64,000 nt of DNA. Origin: a virus (lineage: Duplodnaviria > Caudoviricetes). The notes below the pieces were generated by a model. That model had not been told where the DNA came from, did not search any database, and saw nothing but the letters and a program-made list of their open reading frames with translations. Both the position numbers and the translations under genes were made by a program. The stretch spans positions 1 to 64,000 of IMG/VR virus record IMGVR_UViG_3300020577_006811. One strand, written 5' to 3'. This document shows, piece after piece, positions 62,442 to 64,000 of this stretch (the first letter of the stretch is position 1; every line of letters begins with the position of its first letter).

Positions 62442-63116
62442 TTAGTCCTTTTTCAGCAAGCGACGCCAGATCCTTGGTTTCCGTGGCGCGTCAGGGTCGC
62501 GCGGTTCGGTCAGGCGCACGTCATAACCGCGATTTTCCAGTTGCCGAATGGCGGCCTCGGTGGCCGGGTCGCCCGTGTCGGCGACCTCTTGCTTGGAGCG
62601 GCATGGGATGGCGTCAATGCTGCACTGGTGGAGTTCACGACCACCGAAGTCAGCCATCTTTTCTGAGGCGCGATTGCCCGTTGCGGAACGCCAGCACTCA
62701 AAGATTGCGGCCTCGCCGTTGGCGACATCCATGTATCGGCCACCGATGCGAGCGCGCACGATCTCGGCCCATGCCGCCTGCGCCTGCTCTTTAGCCTTGT
62801 CCTTGTCAAAGGCTTCAATGCCGATGGCGCTGATCTTGCCCGTGTGGCAGCGCGGGCCTTGCGCGGTGTCCTCGCGACGCACATAGCCGTACACCTGCGG
62901 CGTATAGTATGGGCGAGGCGCGTGATAGTGCGGCTCTACGCGACGGTAGGGGCCCCAATCGTACTCGCAGGAGCGGGCGCCAGTGAACGTGTTGGTGTAA
63001 CAGCGCTTGCCGATGGCGCGACGGACCCAGCGGCCGTCCTCAGAATAATCGAAAGCCGGCTGCGCGCTAGCCGGCGCCGCGGCGATCAGTGCCGCCAGAA
63101 GAATGAACTTTCGCAT
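62442..63116 (-). CDS. secreted hypothetical protein
   Basis: Sec signal MRKFILLAALIAAAPASA; Tyr/Pro-rich segment; Cys pairs. Confidence 0.75.
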   Translation of the reverse strand: MRKFILLAALIAAAPASAQPAFDYSEDGRWVRRAIGKRCYTNTFTGARSCEYDWGPYRRVEPHYHAPRPYYTPQVYGYVRREDTAQGPRCHTGKISAIGIEAFDKDKAKEQAQAAWAEIVRARIGGRYMDVANGEAAIFECWRSATGNRASEKMADFGGRELHQCSIDAIPCRSKQEVADTGDPATEAAIRQLENRGYDVRLTEPRDPDAPRKPRIWRRLLKKD

Positions 63117-63267
63117 TGTGCCCCTCTTTCGCCTCCACAGCGGCCAGCATGCGGGCCGCCTCGTACTTCCCCAAGTAGCGCCCGCCCTGGTCTACCAAAT
63201 GTGCAGCGGCCTCGTCACCGACCCGCACCGGCTTTTTCTGAACCGGGTCCAGAACCCATTTAGCCAT
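63067..63267 (-). CDS. hypothetical protein
   Basis: GGGAG RBS, but overlaps the downstream gene by 50 bp. Confidence 0.4.
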   Translation of the reverse strand: MAKWVLDPVQKKPVRVGDEAAAHLVDQGGRYLGKYEAARMLAAVEAKEGHNAKVHSSGGTDRRGAG

Positions 63268-63279
63268 TACACGCTCCCG

Positions 63280-63945
63280 TCAACGATTATTGCGTATCCT
63301 ACGCTGTTGCGCGAGGGCCTTCAGCGTGTTTTCCAAGGTTACCTTGTCGTCGTTGGAGCGCAAGTTTCCTTTTTGCCCGAGCGCGCGTTGCCGGGATAAG
63401 AATTGCGCGGCGGCCTGCAAGGTGCGAAACATTCCGCCGTAGCCGGCCCAGCGCTGGGCCTCCACGGATCGGCCTGGCAGCATCAGGGCGCCGCTGTCTT
63501 CCAGACGCATGGGCGTACCGTCGGCGCGCTGACAGACTTGCAGCACGAACCACTCTATGTCGCGCATGAAGTCGGCGTGCCATTCGGCGCGCATTTTTTC
63601 CAGAAGCACCTTGGCGTCGCGAATCTCGTCTTGAAGGTCGTCGCGCTTGCGGCCCTTGGGGGCGGCGTCAAAGGTCTGCGTGACCTTCGGGGTCGCTTCG
63701 GCCAGAAGAAACAGCCGCACCAGTTCGCGGGCGGCTTCTTCCAGTTCGGCGGGGATTTGGTTGCGGTAGCGATCCAGCGGCGCGGCGGTCTTGCGCGCGG
63801 CGACGGGGGCTACTGCTTTGCGTTTTGAAGTGGCTGCGGAAATCTGCGCCTGCAGCGCGTGGCGTCGGTCGGGCGCCAAAAGGTCTTCAAGGTCGATCTG
63901 GTCGGGGTGAGAAGATACCGCTTTGTTGGGATCGCGGGCAGCCAC
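63280..63945 (-). CDS. hypothetical protein
   Basis: GTG start, GAGG RBS, GC3-rich. Confidence 0.65.
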   Translation of the reverse strand: MAARDPNKAVSSHPDQIDLEDLLAPDRRHALQAQISAATSKRKAVAPVAARKTAAPLDRYRNQIPAELEEAARELVRLFLLAEATPKVTQTFDAAPKGRKRDDLQDEIRDAKVLLEKMRAEWHADFMRDIEWFVLQVCQRADGTPMRLEDSGALMLPGRSVEAQRWAGYGGMFRTLQAAAQFLSRQRALGQKGNLRSNDDKVTLENTLKALAQQRRIRNNR

Positions 63946-63967
63946 AGCATCAACCTCTTGGGTGTTT

Positions 63968-64000
63968 GCGGCGCCCCCAGGAGCGAGTTGGGGGCGCCGC
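63968..64000. repeat. 12-bp perfect inverted repeat
   Basis: GCGGCGCCCCCA-9 nt-TGGGGGCGCCGC at the window edge. Confidence 0.7.

Noticed and set aside
1-64000. CRISPR array
   Set aside because: No regularly spaced short direct repeats with unique spacers were seen.
1-64000. Integrase, DNA polymerase or primase-helicase
   Set aside because: No supporting motifs were found; these probably lie outside the window, so lifestyle is not inferred.

Overview
This is 64 kb of a tailed dsDNA phage or prophage genome with podovirus-type morphogenesis genes. GapR, an Omp25/RopB-like porin and GcrA-like HTH genes point to an alphaproteobacterial host. Layout: a leftward block of small accessory genes (1-10.4 kb, ending in a truncated RtcB RNA ligase); a divergent promoter/operator region; then a long rightward block with TerS, an intein-containing TerL, an 11-member tRNA/tRNA-like cluster, portal, GroES, scaffold, capsid, a composite homing endonuclease, two tail fibres, tail/ejection proteins and lysis genes; and a final leftward block (gapR, porin). 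No replication or integrase genes are seen in the window. Five observations stand out. (1) Twin-arginine (RRxFL) leaders are fused to fragments of the phage's own virion proteins: major capsid, a head-region protein and a repeated structural domain. (2) Two CCA-ending tRNA-like RNAs have an anticodon arm directly after the acceptor stem and an extra helix in place of the D arm. (3) A [YFMR]-A-x-G-G motif recurs about 18 times in virion and ejection proteins, with cassette-like precursors and a candidate processing domain. (4) A roughly 220-nt multi-stem leader occludes the RBS of the capsid operon. (5) The Pro1 TerL intein has only one of the three class-3 signature residues. All family assignments come from motif recognition by eye; no database searches were run.
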